This document shows positions 9,824 to 20,632 of a stretch of DNA of 64,000 nt, in pieces. The stretch lies in contig CAVYYM010000041.1 of the NCBI GenBank assembly GCA_963772715.1, forward strand, positions 73,345 through 137,344, given 5' to 3'. Source of the stretch: an uncultured Bacteroidota bacterium. Lineage in GTDB: Bacteria; Bacteroidota; Bacteroidia; Bacteroidales; VadinHA17. Under the pieces are notes generated by a model, which was not told where the DNA came from, ran no database searches, and worked only from the letters and a program-made list of their open reading frames with translations. Both the position numbers and the translations under genes were made by a program. Each line of letters starts with the position of its first letter. Position 1 is the first letter of the stretch.

Positions 9824-9870
9824 ATGAAAGGGCAGCAAATTGAAAATCCATATTTAATTATAATCTGAAA

Positions 9871-12800
9871 ATGAAGGTTGATTTTATCTTTGAGACCAGC
9901 TGGGAAGTTTGCAATAAGGTTGGCGGAATCCATACTGTAATTTCGACCAAGGTTCTCAACATCGTTGAAGCGCTTGGCGATAATTACGTACTTATCGGCC
10001 CTGACGTATGGAGGGAAGATGTAAAGAATCCGGAATTCATCCCGGATGAATCACTCTTTCCGGAATGGAAGGCCAGGGCTGCTTCCGATGGCCTGAGAGT
10101 CAAAACCGGGCGATGGAATATTGCAGGAAAACCGATCGTGATGCTGATCGATTTCACTCCTTATTTCGGCCAGCAAAATGAGATATTCGCAAAATTCTGG
10201 GAGACATACAAGCTTGATAGTATCTCGGGTCAATGGGATTATGTCGAACCTGCCCTATTCGGATATGCAGCAGGCAAGCTGATCGAAAGTTTTACCGCTT
10301 TCTACCATGAATATCATAATATAATTGCCCAGTTCCATGAATGGATGACTGGGACAGCGATTCTGTACCTGAAGAAACAGGTTCCATGGATCACCACCTC
10401 CTTTACCACCCATGCAACTGTCCTGGGACGAAGCATTGCAGGCAACAACAGGCCGCTCTACGGAAAAATGAAAGAATATGTGCCGGCACAGGTTGCACGC
10501 GAATTCAATGTAGTGGCAAAACAATCACTCGAAAAGATATCTGCTTCGGAAGCCGATGTATTTACCACTGTAAGCGGCATCACCTCCAGGGAATGCAGCC
10601 ATTTTCTGGGAAAAGATGTCGACATAGTGACGCCCAACGGCTTCGAGGATTCATTCGTGCCTCCGGCAGATGTTTTCGGCCAGAAGAGAGTGGAAGCAAG
10701 GGGAAAGCTTAAAAATGTTGCAGAAGCGGTTCTTGGCTACAAGCTTGCAGACGATTGCATCTTTGTCGCCAACAGCGGCAGATATGAGTTCAGGAACAAG
10801 GGAGTTGATATTTTCATCGATTCCCTTGGAGAAATGAACAAAAAGGGAAAGCTAAGCAAGCAATGCGTTGCATTTATCATGATGCCTGCATATCATAAAG
10901 GCCCCCGGCAGGATGTTGTCGATATACTGTATAACAACGGTCCTGCTAACGGCGGTGACAGGTATCTCACTCATAGCCTTCACTATCCGGCAAATGACCC
11001 TATCCTTCAGAGAGCTAGGCGCCAATAATCTTAATAATGACGAGAAATCGCAGGTCAAGATAATCTTTGTTCCTTGTTACCTGAATGGAAACGACGGCAT
11101 ATTCAATTTGCCATACTATGACCTTCTTATAGGCTTCGACCTTTCAGTATTTCCGTCGTATTATGAGCCGTGGGGATATACTCCCCTGGAGAGCCTGATG
11201 TTCTCGATTCCTACAGTCACAACTTCCCTCTCAGGCTTCGGGCTTTGGGTGCGGGACTTTTTCCAGAATCCGGGGAACGCGATTTCTATAATAGAAAGAA
11301 CAGATGACAACGAATCTAAGGTTGTATACGGATATCAGTCAGTTCATTGTCATGTTTGCAGGCCTCGGTGAAAATGAGGTTAAGGAGGCAAGGGTCCCTG
11401 GCTCATGAGATCTCGCGCATCGCGATGTGGGACAGTTTTGTACAGCATTATTTCACAGCTTACGATCTGGCGCTCGACAGAAGCGCTGAAAGAAGAGAGG
11501 AGCCCCGTGAATTTATCGGATTCGTTGAGGCTCCGGGTGTCCCGGTCCGCAAACCGCACCAGGTGCCAGTTTGGAAGGATATCTATGTTCAGAGTCATGT
11601 GCCCGATAAGCTCGATTCTCTGAAGGAACTTGCCAATAACCTGTGGTGGTCGTGGAACACCGAAGCTGAATCGTTATTCAAACGGATGGACCCGTCTCTC
11701 TGGGAAGAGGTAAAACATAATCCGAAGCTGCTCATCGAGAAAATAGATTATAAAAGACTCCTCGTCCTTGAAGATGATGAGGAATTTGTTACTGATCTGG
11801 AAAATGTGACCAGGACATTCCGGGAATACGTAAACCGTCCTGATGATCCGGAAAAACCTGCTGTTGCCTATTTCAGCATGGAATTCGGCATTCATGCATG
11901 CCTTAAGATTTATTCAGGCGGCCTGGGAATTCTTGCCGGTGATTATCTGAAGGAAGCAAGCGACTCAAATATCCATATTATAGGGGTAGGACTTCTTTAC
12001 AGGTATGGCTATTTCAGGCAGAAGCTTGGTCCTAAGGGAGAACAGCTGGCCATTTATGAAGCTGAAGAATTTTCAAGGCTTCCCATTAACCCTGTAAAGG
12101 ATGAGAAAGGTAATCATCTGTCTGTCAGTCTGGTATGGCCCGGAAGAACCGTAAAGATCCGTGTATGGGAGGCAAAGGTGGGCAAAGTAAGCCTTATCCT
12201 GCTTGATACAGACTTTGATGACAATACTCCTGAGGACCGTACGATAACACACCATCTGTATGGCGGCGACATTGAAAACAGGCTGAGGCAGGAACTTATA
12301 CTAGGCATTGCCGGTATCAGGGCGCTGGTAGCCATGGGCTTTCAGCCGGATGTTTACCACAGCAACGAAGGCCATTCGGCATTCATCAGCCTGGAAAGGC
12401 TCAGGACAATGATTGATGAACATCATCTCACCTTTAACCAGGCACTGGAGGCTGTAAGATCATCTACGCTATTCACAACTCATACACCTGTTCCGGCAGG
12501 GCATGATGCCTTTGAGGAGGACATGCTGAGAAAATATATTTCACATTATTCCGACCGTCTGAATATAACCTGGGATGAGCTTATGGCACTGGGCCGCTGC
12601 GAAACCGACATGGATAGAAAATTCAACATGAGCTTCCTGGCAACACGGATGTCGCAGGAACTGAACGGCGTCAGCAAGCTCCATGGAGAAGTAAGCCAGG
12701 GGATGTTCAATAAGCTCTGGCCTGGTTATCTTAAGGAGGAGCTCTATATCGATTATGTCACAAACGGGGTCCATCATCCAACATGGACGGCACCCGAATG

Positions 12801-14097
12801 GAAAGAGGTCTACAGGGAAATCACAGGCAGCGATAATTTCGACCAGACAAACAGGGATCTGTGGGAAAAACTTTACAATGTCGAAGACAAGAGGATATAC
12901 GATATCAAGAAAGGCCTTAAGAAAACCCTTTTTGAGAATATCAGGAAAAGACTTCAGTCCGATATGATGGAAAGGCATGTGAGCCCCAGGACTCTGATGA
13001 ACATCAGCAGCCATCTTGATGAGAAAGCGCTTACAATTGGCTTTGCACGTCGTTTCGCAACTTATAAGCGCGCCTCTCTGATCTTCAGGGACCTCGACAG
13101 GCTGGCCCGTATTGTGAACAATCCCCAAAAGCCCGTCCAGTTCATTTTTGCAGGCAAGGCTCATCCTCATGACGGAGGAGGTCAGGATCTTATAAAAAGG
13201 GTTCTCGAGATTTCACAGATGCCTCAGTTCGCCGGCAAGGTCATTTTCCTTGAGAACTATGATATTGAACTGGCAAAATACCTTGTCAGGGGTGTGGATA
13301 TATGGCTTAATACTCCCACAAGACCGATGGAGGCTTCAGGAACGAGCGGAGAAAAGGCTGTCATGAACGGTACTATCCATTTCAGCGTTCTGGATGGATG
13401 GTGGGTTGAAGGATACAGGGCTTATGCCGGCTGGGCTCTCCCGAAAAAAAGGACATTTGCAAACCAGGATCTCCAGGATGATGTCGATGCAGAGACGATT
13501 TATAACATGCTCGAGTATGAGATAGTCCCGGCATATTATTCATTCAACGAACAAGGAGTTCCGGTGGAATGGGTCAGCCTGATAAAGAACACAATGACCA
13601 AAATTGCGCCTGAGTTTACGATGAAGCGGCAGCTCGATGATTACTGCGACAAGTATTATAATAAACTCTTTGTCCGCAGCAAGTATCTGATAGCCAATAA
13701 TTTTGAAAAGGCAAAAGCGATGGCCGCATGGAAAAAGACCATGAAGGATGAATGGGACAATATCGAGGTACTGAACTTCAATTTCGAGAAACCGGGAGAG
13801 AACATTTATCATTCAGGTCACGACTATAGGGCAGAGATAGCGCTTAATGTGCACAAAATTCCAAAGGAAAACGTTGGCGTCGAGTTCATTATAACGCATA
13901 TGAGCAAACAGGGAGAGCATGAATTCGTGGCAAGCAACGAGTTTGTCCTTGTCAGCTGCAGGAGCGGCAAATGTCTTTACAGGGCTAATCTTGTACCCGA
14001 AAAGGCAGGTACTTTCTTCTATGGCATAAGGATTTATCCAAAGCACAAGGATCTCCCTCACAAGCAGGATTTTTACCTGCTGCGCTGGATCGATTAG
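9871..14097 (+). pseudogene. GT3 (eukaryote-type) glycogen synthase fused in frame to a GT35 alpha-glucan phosphorylase; the GT3 half is interrupted by three +1 frameshifts
   Basis: - The N-terminus KVDFIFETSWEVCNKVGGIHTVISTK and FPSYYEPWGYTPLES are GT3 motifs.
- The reading frame goes 1 to 2 (about 11008-11016), 2 to 3 (about 11324-11330) and 3 to 1 (about 11391-11397).
- Frame 1 then runs without a stop into LANNLWWSWN (the DUF3417-type phosphorylase N-terminus) and EASGTSGEKAVMNG (the PLP-Lys region). Confidence 0.8.
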
Positions 14098-16128
14098 ATC
14101 TCTGTTGCTTTCCTGATAGTCTCCCTCCTGAATACAATAGCTGTCCGGGACGGGAGATACAAAAAGAGCTGGAAGGGCACATTTAAGGTTGCCCTTTCTG
14201 CTTTTCTGACAGAAGTGTATATCGATTTTCTGTCGAAGCGGTCAAATCCTCCGAACCCGGGATCGTCAGAATCGATTATAACCCTGAATTTGCCTTTTAT
14301 ACGGGATCCCGTAATCGGTAAAGGAGAGTGACGGGTTGAAGTTGAATACAAATAAAAGATCGCCCCTTGTGAATGCGATAACCTTATCATGGTTGTTTTC
14401 GGTAATTCTTCCGATGTAAAGATCGTCGAGTATCCTGAAATCGCGCTGAAGAATGGCCATCTGCCTGTCGAACCTTGCAAGGAACTGATATTTGAGATCA
14501 TTGTTTTCAACAAGCTGCCATTGCCTCCGTGCATATTTATAGCTCCAGTTGTTTCCCTCGCGGGGAAAATCGATCCACTCCGGATGCCCGAATTCATTGC
14601 CCATGAAATTCAGATATCCGCCGCCTGCAGTGCTGAAAGTAAGGAGCCTTATCATCTTATGCAGGGCAATGCCGCGATCCATGCTGAAGCTGTGGTATGA
14701 TTTGGTCATGCCTGTATACATCTCCGCATCTATCATTCTGAAAATGAGGGTTTTGTCACCGACGAGAGCCTGATCGTGCGATTCGCAGTACGATATGATC
14801 TTTTCTTCAGGCCTGTGCTGGGTAAGCTCATGCATCAGATGACTCATATCCCAGTTCTCATCCATAGTCTCTTTTACAAGCTTGATCCAGAAATCGGGGA
14901 CTCCCATGGAAAGCCTGTAATCAAATCCGTAACCCTTTTTAGATGTTGGGGCAGCCAATCCGGGCATACCGCTCATTTCCTCTGCAATAGTGATTGTATG
15001 AGGCTTGAACTCATGCATCATTTTGTTGGCCAGGTACAGATAAATAAGTGCATCAATATCCTGTCCGCCATCGAAATAATCGCCATAGGTAGTAAAATTC
15101 TTACCAAGCCCGTGATCATAATAGATCATGCTGGTGACGCCGTCAAACCTGAATCCGTCGAATTTGTATTCTTCGAGCCAGTAACGGCAGTTTGATAAAA
15201 GGAAATGAAGTACATTATCCTTGCCGTAGTCAAAACAAAGCGAGTCCCAGGCAATATGGTTTCTCCTGTTGTTTGTATGGAAATACTGACCGGGAGATCC
15301 GTCAAAGAGTCCAAGTCCTTCATTCACATTCTTTACTGAATGAGAATGGACGAGATCCATGATGACTCTCAGCCCGGCTTTATGTGCCGTGTCCACCAGC
15401 TCCTTAAGATCCTCAGGCGTTCCGAAGCGTGACGAGGCTGCAAAGAAGTTTGATACATGATACCCGAACGAGCCGTAAAAGGGATGCTCCTGGATCGCCA
15501 TCAATTGCACGGTGTTGTATCCTGCATTTGCAATTATGGGAATAATGTTTTCCGTGAATTCGCGGTATGTTCCGGTTTTCTCAAGCTGTGTTGCCATTCC
15601 CACATGGGCTTCATAAATTACAGGCGTTGTTGCAGCCGAAACGAAATTCCTGATTTTCCATTTATAGCCTTCATCCGGATTCCACACCTGGGCTGAGAAT
15701 ATCTTTGTCCTGTCATCCTGCACCAGCCGGTTTGCATAGGAAGGGATCCGTTCTCCCTTACCTCCGTGCCAGTGAACGCTCAGCTTGTAGAGGTCGCCAT
15801 GATTAAATGCCTGAGCAGGCAGGATTATTTCCCAATCGCCATATTGATTTATCCTGTTCAGTCTGAACTCCGGCTTTTCCTTCCACCCTGTAAAAGTTCC
15901 CGTAAGATATATATCAGTAGCGTTGGGCGCCCATTCCCTGAAGATCCATTTGCCATTCTCTTTGTGAAGTCCGTAATAGAAATGGCCCATTGCAAATTCA
16001 GAAAGCGATCCATTGCCTGCAAGGCTTCGTTCCTTAAGCTGACATTTGCTGATCCGATCATCAATGATTTGGGTGAAGGGTCCCAGCCAAGGATCGGCGG
16101 TATAAAACTTTTCAGAACCAGATTTCAT
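14094..16128 (-). pseudogene. glgB: 1,4-alpha-glucan branching enzyme (GH13, eukaryote-like subfamily) with one +1 frameshift near 14296-14304
   Basis: The main ORF 14266-16128 carries DGFRFDGVTSM, IAEEMSGMP and CESHDQ (GH13 regions II-IV). Its C-terminus continues in the last ~65 codons of ORF 14094-14597: IKGKFRVIIDSDDPGFGGFDRFD...YLPSRTAIVF. Confidence 0.85.
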
Positions 16129-16223
16129 GAATTGGCTATCTTCCTATAAAAGTACAAAAACTAAATCATAAATTTCTTTCATTTCATATTGCTTTGCTAA
16201 TTTTACTGCGACAAATTCATTGT

Positions 16224-17153
16224 ATGGAAATACATGAGGGATATGAAGGTCTCGATCTCGGGAAGCCTGTAGTGACACTGGGTATTTTCGACGGAGTCCA
16301 TCGTGGCCACAGGGTACTGCTTGACACTCTTGTAAATCGTGCAGCAGCATCAGGAGGCGATTCTGTCGTGATCACCTTTGATCCCCATCCGAGGCTGGTT
16401 ATCGAAAAGAACAGGACCAGGCTGTCATTCCTCTCGACAATGGACGAAAAAAAGGCTCTTCTTGAAAAAGCCCATGTAGGCCATCTCGTAATAATCAGGT
16501 TTACAGTCGCTTTCAGCAGAATGAAGGCATGTGATTTTGTTGAAAGGATACTTGCCGGAAAGGTAAAGACAGAGCATCTCATTATGGGACATGATCATCA
16601 TTTCGGATACCGCGGGGAAGGGAGTTTTAAAACGGTCACTGACTGTGCAGCCTCCCTGGGCTTTGTTGTGGAACAGGTGCCCGGACTCCGGTCCAGGGAA
16701 GGGGCAATAAGCTCATCGCTCATCCGCGAAGCCCTCCTGAAGGGTGACCTGGATAATGCAAACAAATGGCTTGGGTATTGTTATTCGCTTAAGGGACAGG
16801 TTATTGCAGGTAAAAAAATCGGAAGGAAGCTAGGATTTCCAACTGCGAACATCAGGACGGATTACAGATATAAGCTGATCCCCGCTGACGGAGTATATGC
16901 TGTCGATATAAATGTGGACGAACAGACAAGACCGGGTATGTTAAGCATCGGGACAAATCCCACAATCAACAGGACAACCGGCAAAAGATCGATCGAGGTG
17001 AATATCTTCGATTTTGAAAAGGATATATACGGACTTGAAATAGAAGTGTTGTTCAGATACAGGCTGCGGAATGAGATCAGGTTTGATTCAGTCGAACAGC
17101 TTATACGACAGATGAAGCAGGACCGGGAAGTGGCCATGAAGCTGCTGATTTGA
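16224..17153 (+). CDS. ribF: Bifunctional riboflavin kinase / FMN adenylyltransferase
   Basis: LGIFDGVHRGH (the nucleotidyltransferase motif) plus the C-terminal kinase region GKKIGRKLGFPTANI...YGLEIEV. The ATG at 16224 is preferred over the ORF-track start at 16194. Confidence 0.9.
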   Translation: MEIHEGYEGLDLGKPVVTLGIFDGVHRGHRVLLDTLVNRAAASGGDSVVITFDPHPRLVIEKNRTRLSFLSTMDEKKALLEKAHVGHLVIIRFTVAFSRMKACDFVERILAGKVKTEHLIMGHDHHFGYRGEGSFKTVTDCAASLGFVVEQVPGLRSREGAISSSLIREALLKGDLDNANKWLGYCYSLKGQVIAGKKIGRKLGFPTANIRTDYRYKLIPADGVYAVDINVDEQTRPGMLSIGTNPTINRTTGKRSIEVNIFDFEKDIYGLEIEVLFRYRLRNEIRFDSVEQLIRQMKQDREVAMKLLI

Positions 17154-17174
17154 ACAATGACTACTTTATTTTGT

Positions 17175-17182
17175 TAAATTTG
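17175..17182 (+). promoter_or_regulatory. Candidate -7 promoter box TAAATTTG upstream of ahcY
   Basis: Exact TAnnTTTG match 20-48 nt upstream of the candidate start codons. Confidence 0.4.
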
Positions 17183-17222
17183 CGGCTCAAAATTGATTGA
17201 AATGACATTAGTAAAGGAAAAA

Positions 17223-18617
17223 ATGGATTATAAGGTAAAGGAGATCTCTCTCGCCGGTTTCGGAAGAAAAGAAATTGAGATTGCAGAAAAGGAAATGCCG
17301 GGTCTGCTGGCAATAAGAAAGAAATATGCGGCAGAAAAGCCGCTTCAGGATGCACGCATTACAGGTTCTCTTCACATGACAATTCAGACTGCAGTGCTGA
17401 TCGAGACACTTAAGGAGCTTGGCGCAGATGTACGCTGGGCAAGCTGCAATATCTTTTCCACGCAGGATCATGCAGCTGCCGCCATAGCTGCAGCGGGGAT
17501 CCCCGTGTTTGCATGGAAGGGCGAAAGCCTGGAAGAGTACTGGTGGTGTACTGCTCAGGCACTTTCATTTCCGGGAGGCAAAGGGCCAAATCTGATCGTG
17601 GATGACGGGGGAGACGCTTCGCTGCTTGTTCATCTTGGCTACAAGGCTGAAAATGATCCGTCATTGCTTGAAAAGACACCCTCGAACAGGGAGGAGTCGA
17701 TAATACTTGCAACGCTTAAGAACATTCTGGTAACCGAGCCGGGTAAATGGCATCGAACCATATCGGAACTAAAGGGCATTTCGGAAGAGACGACCACAGG
17801 AGTTCACAGGCTTTATCAGATGCTCGACAACAATGAATTGCTGGTTCCGGCAATAAATGTGAACGATTCAGTGACAAAATCAAAATTCGATAACCTTTAT
17901 GGCTGCCGCGAATCGCTTGCCGATGGTATCAAACGAGCCACCGACGTAATGATCGCAGGAAAGGTTGTTGTTGTATGCGGTTATGGCGATGTTGGCAAAG
18001 GGTGTTCCAAATCGATGAGGGCATACGGGGCAAGAGTCATTGTCACCGAGATTGATCCCATCTGTGCCCTCCAGGCATCAATGGAAGGCTTCGAGGTAAA
18101 AACAGTCGATGAAGCCCTGGATGAAGGAAACATCTTTGTGACTGCGACCGGCAACAGGGATATCATCACCGTCGACCATATGAAAAAGATGAAGGACCAG
18201 GCCATAGTCTGCAACATAGGACATTTCGACAATGAGATACAGGTCGATAGCCTGAATGACCTGAAAGGCATTAAGAAGATAAACATAAAGCCCCAGGTCG
18301 ATAAATATGTCTTCCCTGACGGGCATGCGATCTTCATACTTGCCGAAGGAAGACTTGTCAATCTGGGTTGCGCCACAGGCCATCCCTCATTTGTGATGAG
18401 CAACTCGTTCAGCAATCAGACACTGGCACAGATAGACCTCTGGAAAAAAGATTATAAGATCGGTGTTTACAGGCTTCCGAAAGATCTCGATGAAGAAGTT
18501 GCAAGGCTTCATCTCGACCAGCTTGGAGTTAAGCTGACTGTACTGACGAAAGACCAGGCTGATTATATAGGTGTGCCGAAAGAGGGTCCGTACAAGCCGG
18601 AGCATTACAGGTACTAA
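17223..18617 (+). CDS. ahcY: Adenosylhomocysteinase
   Basis: [27 protein letters not shown], the NAD-binding [12 protein letters not shown], and the C-terminal PEHYRY. Start 17223 is preferred; 17193 and 17202 are possible. Confidence 0.92.
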   Translation: MDYKVKEISLAGFGRKEIEIAEKEMPGLLAIRKKYAAEKPLQDARITGSLHMTIQTAVLIETLKELGADVRWASCNIFSTQDHAAAAIAAAGIPVFAWKGESLEEYWWCTAQALSFPGGKGPNLIVDDGGDASLLVHLGYKAENDPSLLEKTPSNREESIILATLKNILVTEPGKWHRTISELKGISEETTTGVHRLYQMLDNNELLVPAINVNDSVTKSKFDNLYGCRESLADGIKRATDVMIAGKVVVVCGYGDVGKGCSKSMRAYGARVIVTEIDPICALQASMEGFEVKTVDEALDEGNIFVTATGNRDIITVDHMKKMKDQAIVCNIGHFDNEIQVDSLNDLKGIKKINIKPQVDKYVFPDGHAIFILAEGRLVNLGCATGHPSFVMSNSFSNQTLAQIDLWKKDYKIGVYRLPKDLDEEVARLHLDQLGVKLTVLTKDQADYIGVPKEGPYKPEHYRY

Positions 18618-19093
18618 TAATTCTCCACCGTCAGATATCTCCCGTCAAATATCGTTCTGTAGTTCTTTAAGGGATATTCTCCGGGTCCGGAAATGGGAAC
18701 CCCGCCTGTCGGGAGAGAGTAGGCTGTGCTGCATATCGGGCAGATAGCCTGAATGAAATCTGTATTAACCTTTATGCTTTTGCTGTTAACCGCATAATCA
18801 TGCGGACAGGTACGGTCATAGGCATAGAACTGATCCAGGTTTGCCCTGTACACTATAATGCCGTTGCTGTCACAACCCGCCGCCCTGTAACCCCAGTTAT
18901 TGGTTCTGTAAGTTACAATAACCGAATTGCCTATGGCATTGAGATCCGAAAACAGGATGTCTCCGGATATATCCATGATAAAGCTGACATATGTATCCGG
19001 TATGACATCATTATTTTTACTCTCACAGGAAATCAATAAAGACGAGAGTGCCAGCGGAATTATCAGATATTTTATTTTCAAGCCTGTTGACAT
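18614..19093 (-). CDS. Hypothetical lipoprotein with a Rieske-like CPH...CPxC region
   Basis: Signal plus lipobox ([10 protein letters not shown]). The C-terminal part DRTCPHD...(19 aa)...CPICST has Rieske-like spacing but lacks the second His. Confidence 0.5.
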   Translation of the reverse strand: MSTGLKIKYLIIPLALSSLLISCESKNNDVIPDTYVSFIMDISGDILFSDLNAIGNSVIVTYRTNNWGYRAAGCDSNGIIVYRANLDQFYAYDRTCPHDYAVNSKSIKVNTDFIQAICPICSTAYSLPTGGVPISGPGEYPLKNYRTIFDGRYLTVENY

Positions 19094-19177
19094 CTTCAGT
19101 TTTTTGTTAAAACAAAATTAGCATTAATGCCGGAAAAGTAACGAAATTCAGCGCATGTTTATTATAATTATCTGAAG

Positions 19178-19564
19178 ATGAATTCTCTGTCATTTAAAAA
19201 AATCCTGATCTTTTCGCTGCTCTTTTCCTTTTCAGCAGCTATTTGCGAAGCCCAGTCGTTCGACAAGCCGGTAACCAAACTTGACAGGAACGTCTCAAAA
19301 AGAACCATCAGGCAGAAAAAGGATAAGTATCACGGTCCTAAATCGGTTAAAAGAGCGCAGGACAAACAAGCTGCAAAAGACAGAAAACTCAAAAAAGATT
19401 ACAAAAAATTCGTGAAGGAGAATCAGCAGCGTTCTTTTGAAATTCAGACACCTGAGGTTAAGGAGCGTATGAAGCAAAACAAAAAAAATGTCAACGCAAG
19501 CTATAAGGCAAAAAAGAAAAACAATTCTTACAGGACGAGAAATGCCGGTAAAAAGTACAGGTAA
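19178..19564 (+). CDS. Hypothetical secreted, highly basic (Lys-rich) small protein
   Basis: An N-terminal signal peptide (ILIFSLLFSFSAAICEA) followed by ~100 aa rich in K/R/Q. I recognise no family. Confidence 0.5.
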   Translation: MNSLSFKKILIFSLLFSFSAAICEAQSFDKPVTKLDRNVSKRTIRQKKDKYHGPKSVKRAQDKQAAKDRKLKKDYKKFVKENQQRSFEIQTPEVKERMKQNKKNVNASYKAKKKNNSYRTRNAGKKYR

Positions 19565-19637
19565 AAGTGAAATAATGAATTTGATCCTGTAAGCTTCTAA
19601 TTCATTGTATTTATTTGCATTTTAAGAAAAGATTTAT

Positions 19638-19645
19638 TATATTTG
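19638..19645 (+). promoter_or_regulatory. Candidate -7 promoter box TATATTTG upstream of the greA leader
   Basis: Exact TAnnTTTG match 63 nt upstream of the greA ATG, immediately before the leader hairpin. Confidence 0.45.
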
Positions 19646-19649
19646 TCTT

Positions 19650-19689
19650 ATGAAGAGTTCCGGAAATTCCGGAATTCTTCATCTTTTTT
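19650..19689 (+). terminator. Intrinsic-terminator-like hairpin (14-bp stem with one G-U pair, then a U6 tract) in the greA leader, downstream of ORF 19178-19564
   Basis: atgaagagttccgg / aaatt / ccggaattcttcat, followed by cTTTTTT. It ends 18 nt before the greA ATG. Confidence 0.6.
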
Positions 19690-19707
19690 ATAATATAACA
19701 GATCAAA

Positions 19708-20181
19708 ATGTCAGAGGTTTTATATAATACCGAAGAGGGTCTTCAGAAGTTGAAAGACGAACTTGAACAGCTCAGGACTGTTGAAAGACCTATGATATCC
19801 AGGATGCTATCCGATGCAAGAGACAAGGGTGACCTGACCGAGAACGCAGAATATGCTGCTGCCAAGGAAGCACAGGGCATGCTCGAGGCTAAAATTGCCA
19901 AGCTGGAGGATATCATTGCAAGATCAAGGATCATTGATGAATCAAAAATTGACACCACAACTGTCAGGATACTTAATAAAGTCAAGATACGGAACAAGAC
20001 CAATAATTCCGTAATGGAATACCAGCTGGTGCCTGAAAGCGAAGCAAACCTGAAGATGGGGAAAATCGCTGTCAGCTCTCCTATTGCCATGGGATTGATA
20101 GGCAAGAAGGTGGGAGAGACCGTAGAGATAAAGGTCCCGTCGGGAATTATCCCTTTCGAGATAGTTTCAATTTCACTGTAA
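19708..20181 (+). CDS. greA: Transcription elongation factor GreA
   Basis: 157 aa. The N-terminal coiled coil contains GDLTENAEYAAAKEAQ, followed by the C-terminal FKBP-like domain. Confidence 0.93.
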   Translation: MSEVLYNTEEGLQKLKDELEQLRTVERPMISRMLSDARDKGDLTENAEYAAAKEAQGMLEAKIAKLEDIIARSRIIDESKIDTTTVRILNKVKIRNKTNNSVMEYQLVPESEANLKMGKIAVSSPIAMGLIGKKVGETVEIKVPSGIIPFEIVSISL

Positions 20182-20201
20182 CAAGTTTGTTATTAAGTCA
20201 T

Positions 20202-20594
20202 ATGGCAACTATTTTCACAAGAATCATTAATGGGGAGATACCCTGTTACAAGATTGCTGAGGATGAGAGATATTTTGCATTCCTGGATATAAATCCTCTC
20301 AGGGAAGGCCATACTCTTGTAGTGCCAAAGCAGGAGACGGATTATATATTTGATCTGGATGATGACACTGTGGCAGGGATTATGATCTTTTCAAAGAAGG
20401 TCGCTTCTGCATTAAAGGCAGCTATACCCTGTGTAAGAATAGGGATAGCAATCCTCGGCCTCGAGGTTCCTCATGCACATATTCACCTGGTTCCCATGAA
20501 CTCGATGGAGGATGTGAATTTCAGGAATCCCAAGCTCAAATTCACTCCGGAGCAGTTCAAGGCAACAGCCGAAAAAATCAAGAACGAATTTTAA
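20202..20594 (+). CDS. HIT (histidine triad) family protein
   Basis: CYKIAEDE..., LDINPLREGHTLVVPK and the triad HAHIHLVP. The ATG at 20202 is preferred over the TTG at 20187. Confidence 0.85.
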   Translation: MATIFTRIINGEIPCYKIAEDERYFAFLDINPLREGHTLVVPKQETDYIFDLDDDTVAGIMIFSKKVASALKAAIPCVRIGIAILGLEVPHAHIHLVPMNSMEDVNFRNPKLKFTPEQFKATAEKIKNEF

Positions 20595-20632
20595 TTTAAT
20601 TCTTAACTTTATCAGGTAATTCTGCTCGCTGC

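Noticed and set aside
10913-11371. A 152-aa ORF that could be read as an independent gene between the GT3 N-terminal ORF and the phosphorylase ORF.
   Set aside because: Only its central part (VKIIFVPCYL...FPSYYEPWGYTPLES...) is meaningful, and that part is the conserved core of GT3 glycogen synthase. It is a frame-shifted segment of the same gene.
14094-14597. A 167-aa minus-strand ORF overlapping the 3' end of glgB.
   Set aside because: Only the last ~65 codons (IKGKFRVIIDSDDPGFGG...YLPSRTAIVF) look like protein, and they are the missing branching-enzyme C-terminus. The upstream part is out-of-frame overlap with glgB.
17154-17222. A possible SAH or SAM riboswitch upstream of ahcY.
   Set aside because: The spacer is under 70 nt, AT-rich and mostly taken up by a promoter-like box. 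That is too short and unstructured for either class.
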